Assembly (NCBI GenBank): GCA_043228905.1
Contig: JBHGNT010000015.1
Span: 11,470,001-11,534,000, forward strand
Reading direction: 5' to 3'
Origin: Azolla caroliniana
Lineage: Eukaryota > Plantae > Polypodiophyta
Length of the DNA stretch: 64,000 nt
The position numbers and the translations under genes are program-made. The notes beneath the pieces are model-generated. The model was not told the DNA's origin and ran no database searches. It saw only the letters and a list, made by a program, of their open reading frames with translations. Below are positions 63,568-64,000 of this stretch, piece after piece (within the stretch, counting starts at the first letter, position 1; each line of letters opens with the position of its first letter).

Positions 63568-64000
63568 CCGATTTAATTACATATAAATAAATAAAATAAG
63601 AATATTAAGATATTTATCACCAATAAATAAAATAAGAATATCAAGATATTTATCACGTGCATAGGGCAAGATTCAAACCCTATACCTCCACGTAGCCAAA
63701 CCTCAACTTTACCATTATGCTACCTTATCTTTAGTGTTCTATAAATAGATTTAATAACTATAACTGCTTTATTTGCGCCTACCTTTATTAAAAGGTAAAT
63801 CGTGCATTTTTAGAGTGCGTGAATATTTTTATAGAAAAACGCAAGCGACTAAAAAGTGACTCATGCACATCTAGCGTGCATGAGCACTATATTTAGCAAA
63901 TAAAAGCAAGGATTAAAAAAACATGTAGCTATGCTTAGTCTCTCCCATCACTACATAAGGATGGGGAGCACAATGTAATAGGTGTGTGAAAAATATTTGG

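Larger units (their letters stand above)
61185..64000 (+). mobile_element. Young non-autonomous LTR retrotransposon (TR-GAG-like), tRNA-Trp primed; 3' LTR runs off the window
   Basis: 5' LTR 61185-61900. 3' LTR from 63520 (about 4 substitutions and 1 indel over 480 bp). PPT GGAGGGGGCGAG 63508-63519. The 1.6-kb interior has no pol. Confidence 0.92.

Overview
Land-plant nuclear DNA. Tcn1-like chromoviruses, PLS-type PPR sequence and the element families suggest a seed-free plant such as a fern (inference). Two intact host genes face each other in the middle: an 11-exon UDP-GlcNAc:dolichol-P GlcNAc-1-P transferase (GPT/ALG7/DPAGT1 family, 14516-18506 +) and a 4-exon BTB-NPH3 (NRL) gene (25277-21976 -). 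Most of the rest is deeply nested transposons. These include Tat/Athila-like and Tcn1-like Ty3/gypsy elements, several Ty1/copia copies (one with an unbroken 1338-aa ORF, 52200-57649) and solo LTRs with TSDs. There are also two L1 LINEs, an 11-kb hAT element with an unbroken 5-exon transposase and a captured PPR fragment, and a young tRNA-Trp-primed non-autonomous LTR element. The most unusual signal is a group of LTRs (4380-5206, 44617-45209, 61185-61900, 63520-end). Each carries a conserved antisense tRNA-like A-box/B-box module near its 5' end, and all three insertions sit at a 4-bp GCGT-type target. Other notable signals are a five-unit stem-loop array in a gypsy leader and a self-priming chromovirus LTR with a heat-shock-element array. 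All coordinates were read by eye and no database search was possible.
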